Positions 13,809-24,400 of a stretch of DNA of 35,709 nucleotides are shown here, piece after piece (position 1 is the first letter of the stretch; each line of letters starts with the position of its first letter). Source of the stretch: a virus; IMG/VR virus record IMGVR_UViG_3300045988_067384, positions 1 to 35,709 of that record; one strand, given 5' to 3'. Under the pieces are notes generated by a model. The model searched no databases and was not told where the DNA came from. It was given only the letters and a program-made list of their open reading frames with translations. Both the position numbers and the translations under genes were made by a program.

Positions 13809-15539
13809 ATGCTGATACAGGATAGGGTCATATGGACCCCGGACAATAGCCACCTTCTCAGGTACAAGGAACTCTGTGAGGACGGCACATACATTATCGG
13901 AGAGGATCTGAAAACGCAGCTCAATAACCTGCATGAAGACATGAAGACCGGTGAGTATCTGTACAATACAGAAGCTGCCAATCTGAGGATGAACTTTATG
14001 GAGAACTGCCTGAGGCTTACAAAAAGCCCTTTTTATAATCAGCCAATGGTACTTATGGACTGGCAGAAGGCTTTTATCGAAGCTTCATACAGTTTCAAGA
14101 TGGTCGATACAGGCTTTGACCGATTCAAGCGTATATTGTTAGAAATCGCTCGTAAAAATACAAAGAGCGAAACATGTTCAGCCCTTGGTATGTCCGAGTT
14201 GATTGTTGGAAACCCCGGAGCGGATATCGTATGCAGTTCCAATGACGATAATCAGGCGTCAATCACATATGACGCAATAGATGTCATGAGATTGCTGATA
14301 GATCCTGAAAGCGTGGATACCCACAGAAATCAGAGATTTTTAAGTAACAAAAACAATGGATCCAAAATATTTAAGCTGTCGGACAGAACCAGGAACAAGG
14401 AAGGCAGAAACATTGACTTTGCAATAGTTGACGAGGTTCACGAGATGAAGACGAATGTCATCGTTAAGTCAATAGAGCAGTCCCAGTCCTTAAAGGATAA
14501 TCCTAAGCTGTACCTTATCACGACAGAAGGGTTCGTTGTTGATGGGTTTCTTGACGAGGAACTTAAGAAAGCTCACAGGGCAATCTACCGGGAGGATGAC
14601 TCACTTGCTTCAAAAAGAAGACTTGACTGGTTATACACACAGGACTCTGAGACAGAGGTGTGGACTAACAGAAGGTCATGGATGAAATCCAATCCAACCC
14701 TTGGAATGGTGAAGAAGTGGGATTACCTCGATGAGCAGATAGAGCTTGCCAAGCAATCCAAGGCAGACAGGATATTTGTCATGTCAAAGGATTTCAACAT
14801 CAAGCAGAATGGAGTCCAGAGCTGGCTTGATCTTGAGGATTACACATATCCGGCAACCTATGACATTGAGGAGTTCAGAGGCAGCATATGCCTTGGAATG
14901 GTGGATCTGGCAGAAACAACAGACCTGTGCTGTGCCAAGGTGCTGTTCATGAAGCCGGGAGAACCTATCAAATACATACATACACAGTATTTTGTGCCTA
15001 GATCAAAACTGGATGTTGATAAGGATGACCACAAGGCTGGAGCTCACTATAAAGAATGGGTAGACGCAGGATATATCACAGTCTGCCCGGATAATGAGAT
15101 AGATCTGGCAGTGGTAGCTGACTGGTTTTATAAACTCTTTTTGGATTATGGTATCCGGCTCATATACTGCGGATATGATCAGAGGTTTTCGAAAGATTGG
15201 ATCAACAGGATGAATGAATACGGCTGGACAAGAGAAGGCAAGGAGCTTGAGATGGTTCTGCAGAACGCAGACACGCTCAACAATGCCATCAGACTTGTTG
15301 AAGCTGATCTAAAAAGCCAGTTGATCAATTACAACGAAAATCCTGTGGATAGATGGAATTTTAAAAATGCGTGCCTGCAGGTGAATGACAAGCGGCAGGC
15401 GTTGTGTATTAAGACGACAAATGAAAATAAGATAGATGGCTCTGTAACCCTGATAGGTCTGTATGAGATGTATCGGCGGCACAAGAGCGAACTTACAGAA
15501 ATGGTAAATAGAATGAAGGCAACTAAGAAAGGGGACTAA
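13809..15539 (+). CDS. terL: Terminase large subunit
   Basis: 576 aa. Has DWQKAFIEA, a Walker-A-like ARKNTKSE and Walker B FAIVDEVHEM. It sits immediately before the portal gene. Confidence 0.95.
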   Translation: MLIQDRVIWTPDNSHLLRYKELCEDGTYIIGEDLKTQLNNLHEDMKTGEYLYNTEAANLRMNFMENCLRLTKSPFYNQPMVLMDWQKAFIEASYSFKMVDTGFDRFKRILLEIARKNTKSETCSALGMSELIVGNPGADIVCSSNDDNQASITYDAIDVMRLLIDPESVDTHRNQRFLSNKNNGSKIFKLSDRTRNKEGRNIDFAIVDEVHEMKTNVIVKSIEQSQSLKDNPKLYLITTEGFVVDGFLDEELKKAHRAIYREDDSLASKRRLDWLYTQDSETEVWTNRRSWMKSNPTLGMVKKWDYLDEQIELAKQSKADRIFVMSKDFNIKQNGVQSWLDLEDYTYPATYDIEEFRGSICLGMVDLAETTDLCCAKVLFMKPGEPIKYIHTQYFVPRSKLDVDKDDHKAGAHYKEWVDAGYITVCPDNEIDLAVVADWFYKLFLDYGIRLIYCGYDQRFSKDWINRMNEYGWTREGKELEMVLQNADTLNNAIRLVEADLKSQLINYNENPVDRWNFKNACLQVNDKRQALCIKTTNENKIDGSVTLIGLYEMYRRHKSELTEMVNRMKATKKGD

Positions 15540-15540
15540 G

Positions 15541-16773
15541 ATGGGTTGGTTTAGCGGCTTCTTGAAAAAAAGAAGAACAAACAATCTGCTTGCAGAAATG
15601 ATGAATGGCTATACGCCGATATTCAGCCAGTTTGGGCAGGATATATATGCCAGTGATGTGGTGCAGCAGGCGGTTAATTGTATCGTGCAGGAGTGCCAGA
15701 AGCTTATACCCAAACATGTAAGGGTTGAAGGTTCGGATATAATTCCTGTAAATGATGATCTGCAACAGCTCTTGAAAGAACCCAATAGTCTCATGACTAC
15801 AACAGATTTTATCGAAAAGGTAGTATGGCTTCTCATGCTTAACTACAATAGCTGGATAATCCCCACATATGCCGTGTGGCGAGATGATAAGGGGAGGGAG
15901 AAGAAACGCTACACAGGTCTATTCCCTGTCATGCCTACAAGCGTAGAGTGGCAGCAGGATGGCAACAATGATCTGTATGTCAAGCTTGGTTTTCTTAACG
16001 GATATGAGACAGTTCTTCCGTACAGCGATGTGATACATATAAGGTACAGATACAGCGTCAATGAGCTTATGGGCGGCAATGAATTTGGACAGCCTGACAA
16101 CTCATCCTTGCTTAAGACATTGCAGATCAACAATGACCTGCTTGAAGGCGTAAGCAAGGCTGCAAAGAAAAGCCTTGCAGTTACCGGCGTGGTCAAATTC
16201 AACACATACATGGATGATGGCAAGACTGAAACGGCCATGAGGGACTTGGAGAAGAAGCTTAATCAGAATATGAGTGGATTTCTTCCACTCGATCTTAAGA
16301 GTGAGTATATCCCCATCAACCCTAATATCAAATTCGTTGACGCCGAAACTCTTAAATTCATAGACGAGAAGATACTTCGTAATTTCGGCGTTCCGTTGCC
16401 GATATTGACAGGGGATTATACCAAGGCACAGTACGAGGCTTTTTTTCAAAAGACGATAGAACCTCTTGTAATGCGTATGAATGGTGCTTTTACAAAGACC
16501 CTGTTCACAGATAACCAGAAGACCAGAGGAAACGAGGTAAGGTTTTATACAAAACACCTTGAATTTATGACTACTGATCAGGTCATTGAGATGTTAAGGC
16601 TTTTAGGCGATGCTGGTGATCTGTACGAGAACGAGAAGAGAACGGCGGTAGGATATGAGCCTCTGCCGGAGCTTGTAGGAGTAAGAATGCAGTCACTCAA
16701 CTATGTTGACGCCAACAAGGCATGGCTGTATCAGAAGAAAAAGATTGGAGGACAGGATGGCGAACAAAAATAA
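15541..16773 (+). CDS. Portal protein (HK97 family)
   Basis: 410 aa, lying between TerL and the prohead protease. Sequence character is typical of HK97-type portals. Confidence 0.9.
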   Translation: MGWFSGFLKKRRTNNLLAEMMNGYTPIFSQFGQDIYASDVVQQAVNCIVQECQKLIPKHVRVEGSDIIPVNDDLQQLLKEPNSLMTTTDFIEKVVWLLMLNYNSWIIPTYAVWRDDKGREKKRYTGLFPVMPTSVEWQQDGNNDLYVKLGFLNGYETVLPYSDVIHIRYRYSVNELMGGNEFGQPDNSSLLKTLQINNDLLEGVSKAAKKSLAVTGVVKFNTYMDDGKTETAMRDLEKKLNQNMSGFLPLDLKSEYIPINPNIKFVDAETLKFIDEKILRNFGVPLPILTGDYTKAQYEAFFQKTIEPLVMRMNGAFTKTLFTDNQKTRGNEVRFYTKHLEFMTTDQVIEMLRLLGDAGDLYENEKRTAVGYEPLPELVGVRMQSLNYVDANKAWLYQKKKIGGQDGEQK

Positions 16774-17413
16774 TGAAAACTGCGTAGTGACACGTTTTTA
16801 TAAATTTGATGTCCGGGCAGGAAATGATGATGAACATGGGCACTTCCTTGAGGGAAGGCCGATCGTGTATAATTCACCGACTGACATTGGTGGATACTTC
16901 CAGGAGGTGATTGAACCTGGGGCACTTGATGACACCAATCTGAGGGATGTAAGGCTTCTGGTAAATCATGATACACATATGATACCTCTTGCAAGATCAA
17001 GACGGAACAATAAAAATTCAACCATGCAGCTTACTCCGGATGATAAGGGTATGAAGATAAGGGCAAACGTAGACGTTGAGAACAACAGTGACGCCCGCAA
17101 CTTGTATTCGGCGGTAAGCCGTGGGGACATAGATGGAATGTCATTTATGTTTTCCGTAGCAGATGAAGAGTGGGAGAACTTGGATAGTGATTATCCAACT
17201 CGACACATAAAAAAGATTGGGGAGGTGGATGAAGTATCCGCCGTGACATTCCCAGCATATGAGGCAACTGACATCTCCGTTAGAGCGAAAGAAACGCTGG
17301 AGAGCGTGAAAAGCACACTGGATAGTGTGAGAAGCCGATCAGAGGACTCTGATAATAATGGTGATCTGGAGCTTGAGAAGTTGAAAGCTCATTACTTATT
17401 TGGTGATGAGTAA
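16757..17413 (+). CDS. Prohead maturation protease (HK97 / S78 family)
   Basis: Shows FLEGRPIVYNSPTDIG...EVIEPGAL...VRLLVNHD...PLARS...GDIDGMSFMF. Start set at ATG 16757 (GGAGGACAGG SD). Confidence 0.9.
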   Translation: MANKNNENCVVTRFYKFDVRAGNDDEHGHFLEGRPIVYNSPTDIGGYFQEVIEPGALDDTNLRDVRLLVNHDTHMIPLARSRRNNKNSTMQLTPDDKGMKIRANVDVENNSDARNLYSAVSRGDIDGMSFMFSVADEEWENLDSDYPTRHIKKIGEVDEVSAVTFPAYEATDISVRAKETLESVKSTLDSVRSRSEDSDNNGDLELEKLKAHYLFGDE

Positions 17414-17454
17414 TATGTTATCGTTGCAGTTCGTGCAACAGAAAGAGAGGAAAG

Positions 17455-18783
17455 ATGAAGTTTAAGCAGTATTTACAGAATTTGATTAATGCAAAAAATA
17501 AGAGAGCTGCAGAGCTTAGAAAGCTCATTAAGGAAGCTAATACAGCGGACGAAGTTAGATCACTTGGAGATACTCTCCAGGCGGTGCTTGATGAGCTGCA
17601 GGACGCACAGGATCAGCTTGACCAGCTTGATGACGAGGGCAGAAGCGGAGATGGAAATGGCGGTGATCCGGAAGGTGGTGATCCGGAAGGCAGATCACAG
17701 ATACCTGCTAACGCTGAGTTTAGAGGCGGCACACCTATTGCGTCATACAGCTCAGTGGCAACAGTAGCACAGAGATCTAATAAGAATGTAGATCGCCACG
17801 ATACTCCGGAATATAGATCAGCGTTCATGGAGTATGTATGCCGTGGTGTGGAAATCCCTGCAGAACTTAGAACTGACGCTGTTACTGGCACAACTGACGC
17901 CAGTGCCGTAATCCCAACAACCCTTATGCATGAGATCGTGCAGAAGATGGACACATACGGCAACATATATAAGGCTGTCCGTAAGCTTAATGTTCAGGGA
18001 GGTATTACTATCCCGATATTATCAATTAAGCCGGAAGCAACATGGGTAGGTGAAGGCAAGTCGGAGTCTCAGAAGATTTCTGCTCAGGATACAGTTACCT
18101 TCTCATACTTTGGAGTTGAATGTAAGATTGCTCAGACATTGCTTGCAAATGCGGTTACAATCAGTGAGTTCCAGGATCTGTTCGTGCCTCTTGCAACAGA
18201 GGCGATCATTAAGGCTGTGGAAAAAGCAATAATGAAGGGCAGTGGCACAAAGCAGCCACTGGGTATCCTTAATGACCCTAGGATCCCTAAGGCTAACATC
18301 ATAACCATCACACCTACTGAATTTGCCTCATGGGATGGATGGCATAAGAAGGTTAAGGCCAAGATGAAGAAGGCATACCGCAACGGATCATTTATCATGA
18401 ACCAGTCAACCTTTGACGGGCACATTGATGGAATGGTTGATAAGAATGGTCAGCCTATCGGAAGGACAAACTATGGTATCAACGGCGAGGAGACATACAG
18501 GTTCTTAGGCAAGACTGTAGAAACTGTAGAGGATGATCTTATCGCTTCATGGGACGACGCTGCAGAGGGCGATGTAGTTGCTGCGTTTGTAAATCTTACG
18601 GATTATGTAGTAAACACTAATAAACAGATGACAACTGTTAAGTGGGTAGATAACGACACTAACGAAGTCAAGAACAAATGTATCATGATCTGCGATGGTA
18701 AGCTTGTTGACCCTAATGGAGTTCTTATCATTAAGAAGGGTAAGGATACAGCATCAGAGGCTTCTGCCAGCAGCGGACAGTAA
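17455..18783 (+). CDS. Major capsid protein (HK97 fold) with N-terminal coiled-coil delta/scaffold domain
   Basis: 442 aa. The N-terminus is a coiled coil plus a Gly/Asp-rich linker, followed by an HK97-type body (YRSAFMEYVCRG...). It sits after the protease gene. Confidence 0.9.
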   Translation: MKFKQYLQNLINAKNKRAAELRKLIKEANTADEVRSLGDTLQAVLDELQDAQDQLDQLDDEGRSGDGNGGDPEGGDPEGRSQIPANAEFRGGTPIASYSSVATVAQRSNKNVDRHDTPEYRSAFMEYVCRGVEIPAELRTDAVTGTTDASAVIPTTLMHEIVQKMDTYGNIYKAVRKLNVQGGITIPILSIKPEATWVGEGKSESQKISAQDTVTFSYFGVECKIAQTLLANAVTISEFQDLFVPLATEAIIKAVEKAIMKGSGTKQPLGILNDPRIPKANIITITPTEFASWDGWHKKVKAKMKKAYRNGSFIMNQSTFDGHIDGMVDKNGQPIGRTNYGINGEETYRFLGKTVETVEDDLIASWDDAAEGDVVAAFVNLTDYVVNTNKQMTTVKWVDNDTNEVKNKCIMICDGKLVDPNGVLIIKKGKDTASEASASSGQ

Positions 18784-18796
18784 GGAGCGGTAAAAA

Positions 18797-19060
18797 ATGA
18801 CCAGAGACGATCAGCTTAAGGCTATAAAACAGTCAATGAATATAACAGGAGAATACCTTGACGGACCTCTTGGGGCAAAGCTTGATGATGTCAGGCAAAG
18901 GCTGATCGGCTTTGGCGTTCCTGAGAGCGTTGTTGATAGCGATACGGCCATAGGAGTGATATGTACATGTGTTGATGACTTGTACAACTACAAGAAGCTC
19001 AGCGATTATGCCCATATGTGTATCGCCAATCTTATATATGAAAAGGAGGATGTCGAGTGA
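18797..19060 (+). CDS. Head-tail connector (gp6 / SPP1 gp15-like)
   Basis: 87 aa, first gene after the capsid gene, with a helical character. Confidence 0.55.
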   Translation: MTRDDQLKAIKQSMNITGEYLDGPLGAKLDDVRQRLIGFGVPESVVDSDTAIGVICTCVDDLYNYKKLSDYAHMCIANLIYEKEDVE

Positions 19061-19395
19061 AGATGTTCACCCCTTCCCTTCCGTTCAACGTACATGCAGA
19101 GCTGATGGTGGCAAGTATTGAAAATGTCAAGGGAATAAATAAGAAGACATATGCCAAGAAAGATGATATCTACATAAGCTTCAAGACATTCGGTGGAACT
19201 GAAACAACCTCAAACGGACAGGTTGTGGTTGAGAATACAGGCGTAGTCCAGACGTGGTACAGAGCGGATATCAAGGCTGATTGTAGGCTTGTGATAAACG
19301 GACTGGATTATGAGATACTTGGCACGCCTGAGAACATCAACATGAGCAACCAGTACCTGCAGATGAAGGTGAGAGCAGTCAAGGGTGGTGCTTAA
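19057..19395 (+). CDS. Head closure / head-tail adaptor protein
   Basis: 112 aa. Shows VVQTWYRADIKADCRLVINGLDYEILGTPENI, the pattern of the head-tail joining family. Confidence 0.6.
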   Translation: MKMFTPSLPFNVHAELMVASIENVKGINKKTYAKKDDIYISFKTFGGTETTSNGQVVVENTGVVQTWYRADIKADCRLVINGLDYEILGTPENINMSNQYLQMKVRAVKGGA

Positions 19396-19820
19396 TGGGC
19401 AAGAATAAGATAGGACTCCAGATTGACATGGAGAATATGGTATCAAGCCTTGAGGCAGCAGAGGCAGATGTCAAGGACGCAATCACCAATGTTCTTAAAG
19501 CCAGTAAGAGGGTAGTTACCGATACTCTCGTTAAGGATACTGTCAAGGCTAACTTCCCTGCTAAAGGTAAATACTCAACAGGCAGATTAGCGAAGAGCAT
19601 AGACACCAACTACAATGTCGAATGGAAAGGGCCTGTGGCAGAGATCAAAGTCGGCTATGACTTTAAGAAAGACGGCTTAGTAAGTGTATTTTTAATGTAC
19701 GGCACGCCAAGGCATGCCAAGTCGCAGAAGATATATAATGACTTCTACGGAGCACGAATTAAGAAGCAGCTTGCTCAAATACAGCAGGAAGCACTAAACA
19801 ATATACTGGAAAGGATGTGA
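19395..19820 (+). CDS. HK97 gp10-family neck/tail component
   Basis: Shows ANFPAKGKYSTGRLAKSI, a motif typical of the HK97 gp10 family, and sits in the syntenic position. Confidence 0.6.
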   Translation: MGKNKIGLQIDMENMVSSLEAAEADVKDAITNVLKASKRVVTDTLVKDTVKANFPAKGKYSTGRLAKSIDTNYNVEWKGPVAEIKVGYDFKKDGLVSVFLMYGTPRHAKSQKIYNDFYGARIKKQLAQIQQEALNNILERM

Positions 19821-19826
19821 GAGGAT

Positions 19827-20168
19827 ATGGAAGATAAACTTATTGAGGTGCTGTCAAGCTTCGGATACCCGGTCGCAAGGCAGGGATCCATGACAGAAGA
19901 TGAGGCCTATCCACCCACATTCTTTACGATTTGGAACAATCAGGAAACTGAGGAAAAAGCTTATGACAATGTGACAAAAGCAGTGCTTTACGATTATGAC
20001 GTCAACGTGTATTCATCAGATCCGGAAAGGGCGTATGAGCTCTTGAGGGAAGCCAGAAAGGCTTTACATGACAATGGATTTAGAACCCCGGACAGGGGGC
20101 ATGACGTGATGAGCGATGAGACTACTCACATTGGCAGAGGAATGAATGTAACTATTGTTGTACACTAA
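19827..20168 (+). CDS. Tail terminator / tail completion protein (by position)
   Basis: 113 aa, immediately upstream of the major tail protein. This call is by synteny only. Confidence 0.4.
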   Translation: MEDKLIEVLSSFGYPVARQGSMTEDEAYPPTFFTIWNNQETEEKAYDNVTKAVLYDYDVNVYSSDPERAYELLREARKALHDNGFRTPDRGHDVMSDETTHIGRGMNVTIVVH

Positions 20169-20187
20169 TAGATTAACGGAGGTAAGT

Positions 20188-20811
20188 ATGGATAAAACAA
20201 AATGTATAGAGTATAGAGGTGTTCGTGACGTTGTATGTGCTGAGGTAATCACAGATACAGCGGAGAAGTTTGAGGTAGGCACCCCTTTCTCAATGATATG
20301 GGCAAGTGAGATTTCAAAGGATACTACGACTTCGACAGACACCCATTACTACGATAATATGCCGGCTATTGTCATTACTTCTACCGGCTCTGATACTATA
20401 ACCATATCAGGATCAGCATTGGCAGATGATGTATACGCTAAGATCACCGGTCAGTATTACGATGAAAAAACAGGCATGCTTGTTGAAGGCAAGCGAAAGG
20501 ATAAGAACTATGCCATAGGCTATATCACAGAGGATACAAGCGGTGAGGAGAGATATGTCTGGAGGCTTAAGGGAAGCTTTGGTATTCCATCTGCAACTCA
20601 TAAGACTAAGGATGATGGAACAGAAGCCAATGGACAGGAGGTAACATACACCGGAGTAAGCACTATCCATAAATTTGAGAAGACCGGAGAGAACGCCAAG
20701 GCGGTACAGATACCGGCTAGTAAATTCACACCGGGCGAGGCTAAGTTCTTTGAGACTGTGCAGACACCTGATACGATTGCAACGGCTTTAGCGGCACTTG
20801 CTACCCAGTAG
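20188..20811 (+). CDS. Major tail protein (phi13-family-like)
   Basis: Start at ATG 20188 (GGAGGTAAGT SD). The protein is T/S/G-rich and a strong terminator follows. It is syntenic with the chaperone and tape-measure genes. Confidence 0.75.
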   Translation: MDKTKCIEYRGVRDVVCAEVITDTAEKFEVGTPFSMIWASEISKDTTTSTDTHYYDNMPAIVITSTGSDTITISGSALADDVYAKITGQYYDEKTGMLVEGKRKDKNYAIGYITEDTSGEERYVWRLKGSFGIPSATHKTKDDGTEANGQEVTYTGVSTIHKFEKTGENAKAVQIPASKFTPGEAKFFETVQTPDTIATALAALATQ

Positions 20812-20862
20812 GCTGACAAGGCAGTAAGCAAGTAAGGATTGCTGTCTGTAGTAGTACGAAAA

Positions 20863-20896
20863 AATGAGGGAGATCACACACTCCCTCATTATTTGT
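20863..20896 (+). terminator. Rho-independent terminator/attenuator after the major tail gene
   Basis: 10-bp perfect stem aatgagggag / ctccctcatt, 8-nt loop, then atttgt. Confidence 0.6.
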
Positions 20897-20909
20897 AAGG
20901 AGATAAATT

Positions 20910-21230
20910 ATGGAACTCAAATTAAACATATATAACGGCAAGGTCATTGAAAAGACCTACATAACTGACACATATGACCTGATGTACGGAACCATCGAGG
21001 ATGTCTTAAATGTGATTGACCTGGACAAGATTGATAAGTCTGTAGAACTTGGCAAGATGATCATAAGGCTGCTTCCACTTATCAAGCCATTCCTAAAGGA
21101 TGTATTTGATGGCCTTACGGATGAGGAACTCAGGCGTACGAAGGTGAAGGAAGTTAAGCAGATCTTTGAGAAGATATTCAGCTATGGATTTGACCTGCTT
21201 ATAGGGGTTGAGGATGGCTCAAAAAACTAG
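20910..21230 (+). CDS. Tail assembly chaperone (gpG analogue)
   Basis: 106 aa, lying between the major tail protein and the tape measure. It ends at a slippery heptamer. Confidence 0.8.
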   Translation: MELKLNIYNGKVIEKTYITDTYDLMYGTIEDVLNVIDLDKIDKSVELGKMIIRLLPLIKPFLKDVFDGLTDEELRRTKVKEVKQIFEKIFSYGFDLLIGVEDGSKN

Positions 21231-21469
21231 AGCCGGGAGACGAACAGCTCCCCTTATATGATGTACTGTTCGAAAGCACTGTTAATCTGTGCAGGTACTT
21301 TACAGGATTGGATCCCATTTCTATCCGAGAGAAGAAGGCAAGGGAGGTATTCCTTCTCATAAAAAGAATTAACAAATACAACAAGGCTAACAGAAAAGAC
21401 AGTGGCAGAGCCTCAGACGGAAACAATGTTAAGGTTATCCGTAGGCAGGCAGGTGATGACTGGTTTTAA
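20910..21469 (+). CDS. Tail assembly chaperone frameshift product (gpGT analogue; -1 shift at 21221-21227)
   Basis: After A_AAA_AAC, the -1 frame is open for 80 codons (LEPGDEQLPLYDVLFEST...RRQAGDDWF*). It has no in-frame ATG and ends 25 nt before the tape-measure start. Confidence 0.75.
21221..21227 (+). promoter_or_regulatory. Programmed -1 ribosomal frameshift slippery heptamer A_AAA_AAC
   Basis: In the zero frame it reads tcA AAA AAC tag. Confidence 0.75.
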
Positions 21470-21493
21470 ATAAAAAAGGAAGGAGGAAACAAA

Positions 21494-24400
21494 GTGGGTA
21501 AGGAAAACGAAACAACCACCAAATATAAGGTTGACATATCCGAGCTTGTAAAAGGTATGCAGACTGCCAGAAGGCAGATATCACTTGCCAATGCTGAGTT
21601 TAAGAAGCAGACAGCAGGATTGGATGACTGGGCGTCAAGTGCTGATGGCGTGAGTGCCAAACTCACCCAGCTTGACAAGGTTCTTGGCGGTCAGAAGAAA
21701 GTTCTTGCTAACCTTAAGGAACAGTATGAACTCACTGCAGAGCAGATGGGCGAAGACTCCAGGGAAGCTGTCAATCTTAAGATTAAGATTGAAAATCAGG
21801 AAGCCGCCATCATTAAGACCGAGAAGCAGATAGCACAGTATACAGACTCCTTGGCAGACATACAGGCTCAGTCAGGTAAGTCGGAAAGTGCGATGGATAA
21901 GCTCAGCAACACCATCGGTAAGCAGGAAGGTAAGCTTGCAGAGCTTAAAAAAGCTTATTCAAATGCGGTGCTTGAATATGGTAAGAACTCCAAGGAAGCC
22001 AAAGTTTTGGCAGACGAGATAGATGATCTTTCTTCCAACATAGCCACCAGCAAGAAGAAGATGGACGAAGCAAGCAAGGCAGCAGATGATCTTGACCATA
22101 GCCTTGATGAGTCAGCCGATGGAGCTAAGAACGCCGGTGACGGGTTTACGATCATGAAAGGTGCCATCAGTGTATTGATCGCTGATGGACTTAAGGCTCT
22201 TGCAAGCTCGGTTAAAGACACCATGAAGGAACTTGTGGAAGAAACAGACAGTGCTTCAAGTAACTTCCAGGCAAAGACAGGTGCAACAAACGAAGCCATG
22301 GAAGAGTATAGAGACATCATGAATGAGATCTATAAGAACAACTATGGCGAAAGTTTGGAAGATGTAGCAGAGGCAATGGCCGAGGTCAAACAGCAGACAG
22401 GAGAAGTAGATCCTAGCAAATTAAAGGAACTTACCGAGGACGCCATAGCATTAAGGGATACATTCGGATGGGACATCAAAGAGTCAATGAGAGCAGTGAA
22501 CATGCTCATGACACAGTTCGGTATTAGTGGCAAAGAAGCCTATAACCTGATAGTGCAGGGAGCACAGAAGGGGCTTGATAAGAACGGAGACTTTCTGGAT
22601 ACCCTTAATGAGTATTCTGTGCACTACAAACAGCTTGGCTACAGTGCTGAGGGCTTCATCAACTCACTTGTTAATGGAGCGGAGTCAGGTACATTCTCTG
22701 TAGATAAGCTTGGAGACGCTATGAAAGAGTTTGGTATCCGAACAAAAGATACCGCCACTTCCACAACGGAAGGCTTCTCACTCTTAGGCTATGGAGTCCG
22801 TGCAACCACCGAAGAGATCGAAGCTCAGAAGGATAAGGTGGCAGAACTTGAGAAAAAACTCTCATATGCAACTCAGGAGCAAAGCGAATTTAACGCCAAG
22901 ACAAGTGAGCTTAAGAAGCAGAAGATGGCAGACACCATCGCCGATTATTCAAAAGAGATTGAAAACGCCAAGACTAAGCTTGCAGAGATGGAAGAGTCCA
23001 CAAGTGGGAATGTTAAGACTGCCGAGGACCTTAGGGCGGAGTTCGCCGCAGGCGGTGAAAGTGCCCAGAAGGCAACACAGGAAGTCCTTAAAAAGCTCAT
23101 GGAAATGGACGATCAGGTGGCACAGAACCAGGCAGGTGTGGATCTGTTCGGTACAATGTGGGAAGACCTTGGAATTGAGGGCGTTAAGGCTCTGGTGAAT
23201 ACCCAGGGAGAGATCAAGAAGACCACCCAGTCCATGGAGGAGCTTAAGAAGGTCAAGTACGACAACATCAAGGATAAGATGACACAGATAGGTCGTACCA
23301 TTAAGATGGATCTATTTGTCCCATTGGCACAGAAGTATGTTCCAAAAGCTGAAAAGTTTGCCAATTTTTGCATTAACAACATTAATACAGTTGACAAGAT
23401 GTTGAAAGCAACAGGAGCTACTATAGCCACAGTTTTTGTAGTAAATAAGGTAGCAACATTCGTAAAATCTGTGGATACCATGGTAACTACCTTTAAGTCG
23501 CTTAAAACTGCTGTTGAGGGTGCTGCAACTGCACAGAAGGTACTTAATGCCGTTCAGATGGCTAGTCCGGCAGGGATTGCGGCTCTGGCTGTGGGTGGAC
23601 TTGTCACGGCTCTCGTGCTGTTAAGTGATACCAGTGATCCGGTGAGGGAGAAGTGGGCGGAGCTTACTGACGAAGAAAAGAAAAATAAAGAAGCAGTAGA
23701 TCAGCTTTCTGAGTCATATAGAACCACCAAAGAAGCCGTAGAGGCCTCGGTGGCGGACGCACAGTCTCAATTTGGCTATTATCAAGAGCTTGCAAATGAG
23801 CTTGATGGTATCGTTGACGCCAACGGAAGGGTTAAGAAAGGCTATGAAGAAAGAGCAAGTTTTATAGTAAATACACTCAACGACGCTCTTGATACCGAGA
23901 TCAGCATGACAGGAGATGTGATAGATAACTATGACAAGCAAAAACAGGCGTTGCTTGAGTTGATATCATCGAAAAAAGCACAGATCATACTACAGGCTAA
24001 TGAAGAAATGTATACACAAGCCATATCTGATCAGACAGAGGCATTTAACACATTGTCCAGTGCTCAAAAAGACTTGACAGATGTGACTGACGAACTTACT
24101 AAGACACAGGATGAGTACAATAAGATGAAAAATCAGACTGTGGATCAGTGGGCAGCAGAGAACAACTTACTTGATGAAGCTATAGATCTTCGTGGAGCCT
24201 ATGAGACAACATTGGAGAGCTATGGCTCAAAGATAGATGGATTGACTGAGAAGCAGCAGACTCTTAATAGTGAGGTTGAAGCGGCTGAGGACACATGGAT
24301 TGGCTATAACACCACCATCAAGAACTATGAGGGATTAAGCTCTGCAATCATATCCGGGGATACCCAGAAGATAAATGACTCACTTAACCTGATGGTTAAT

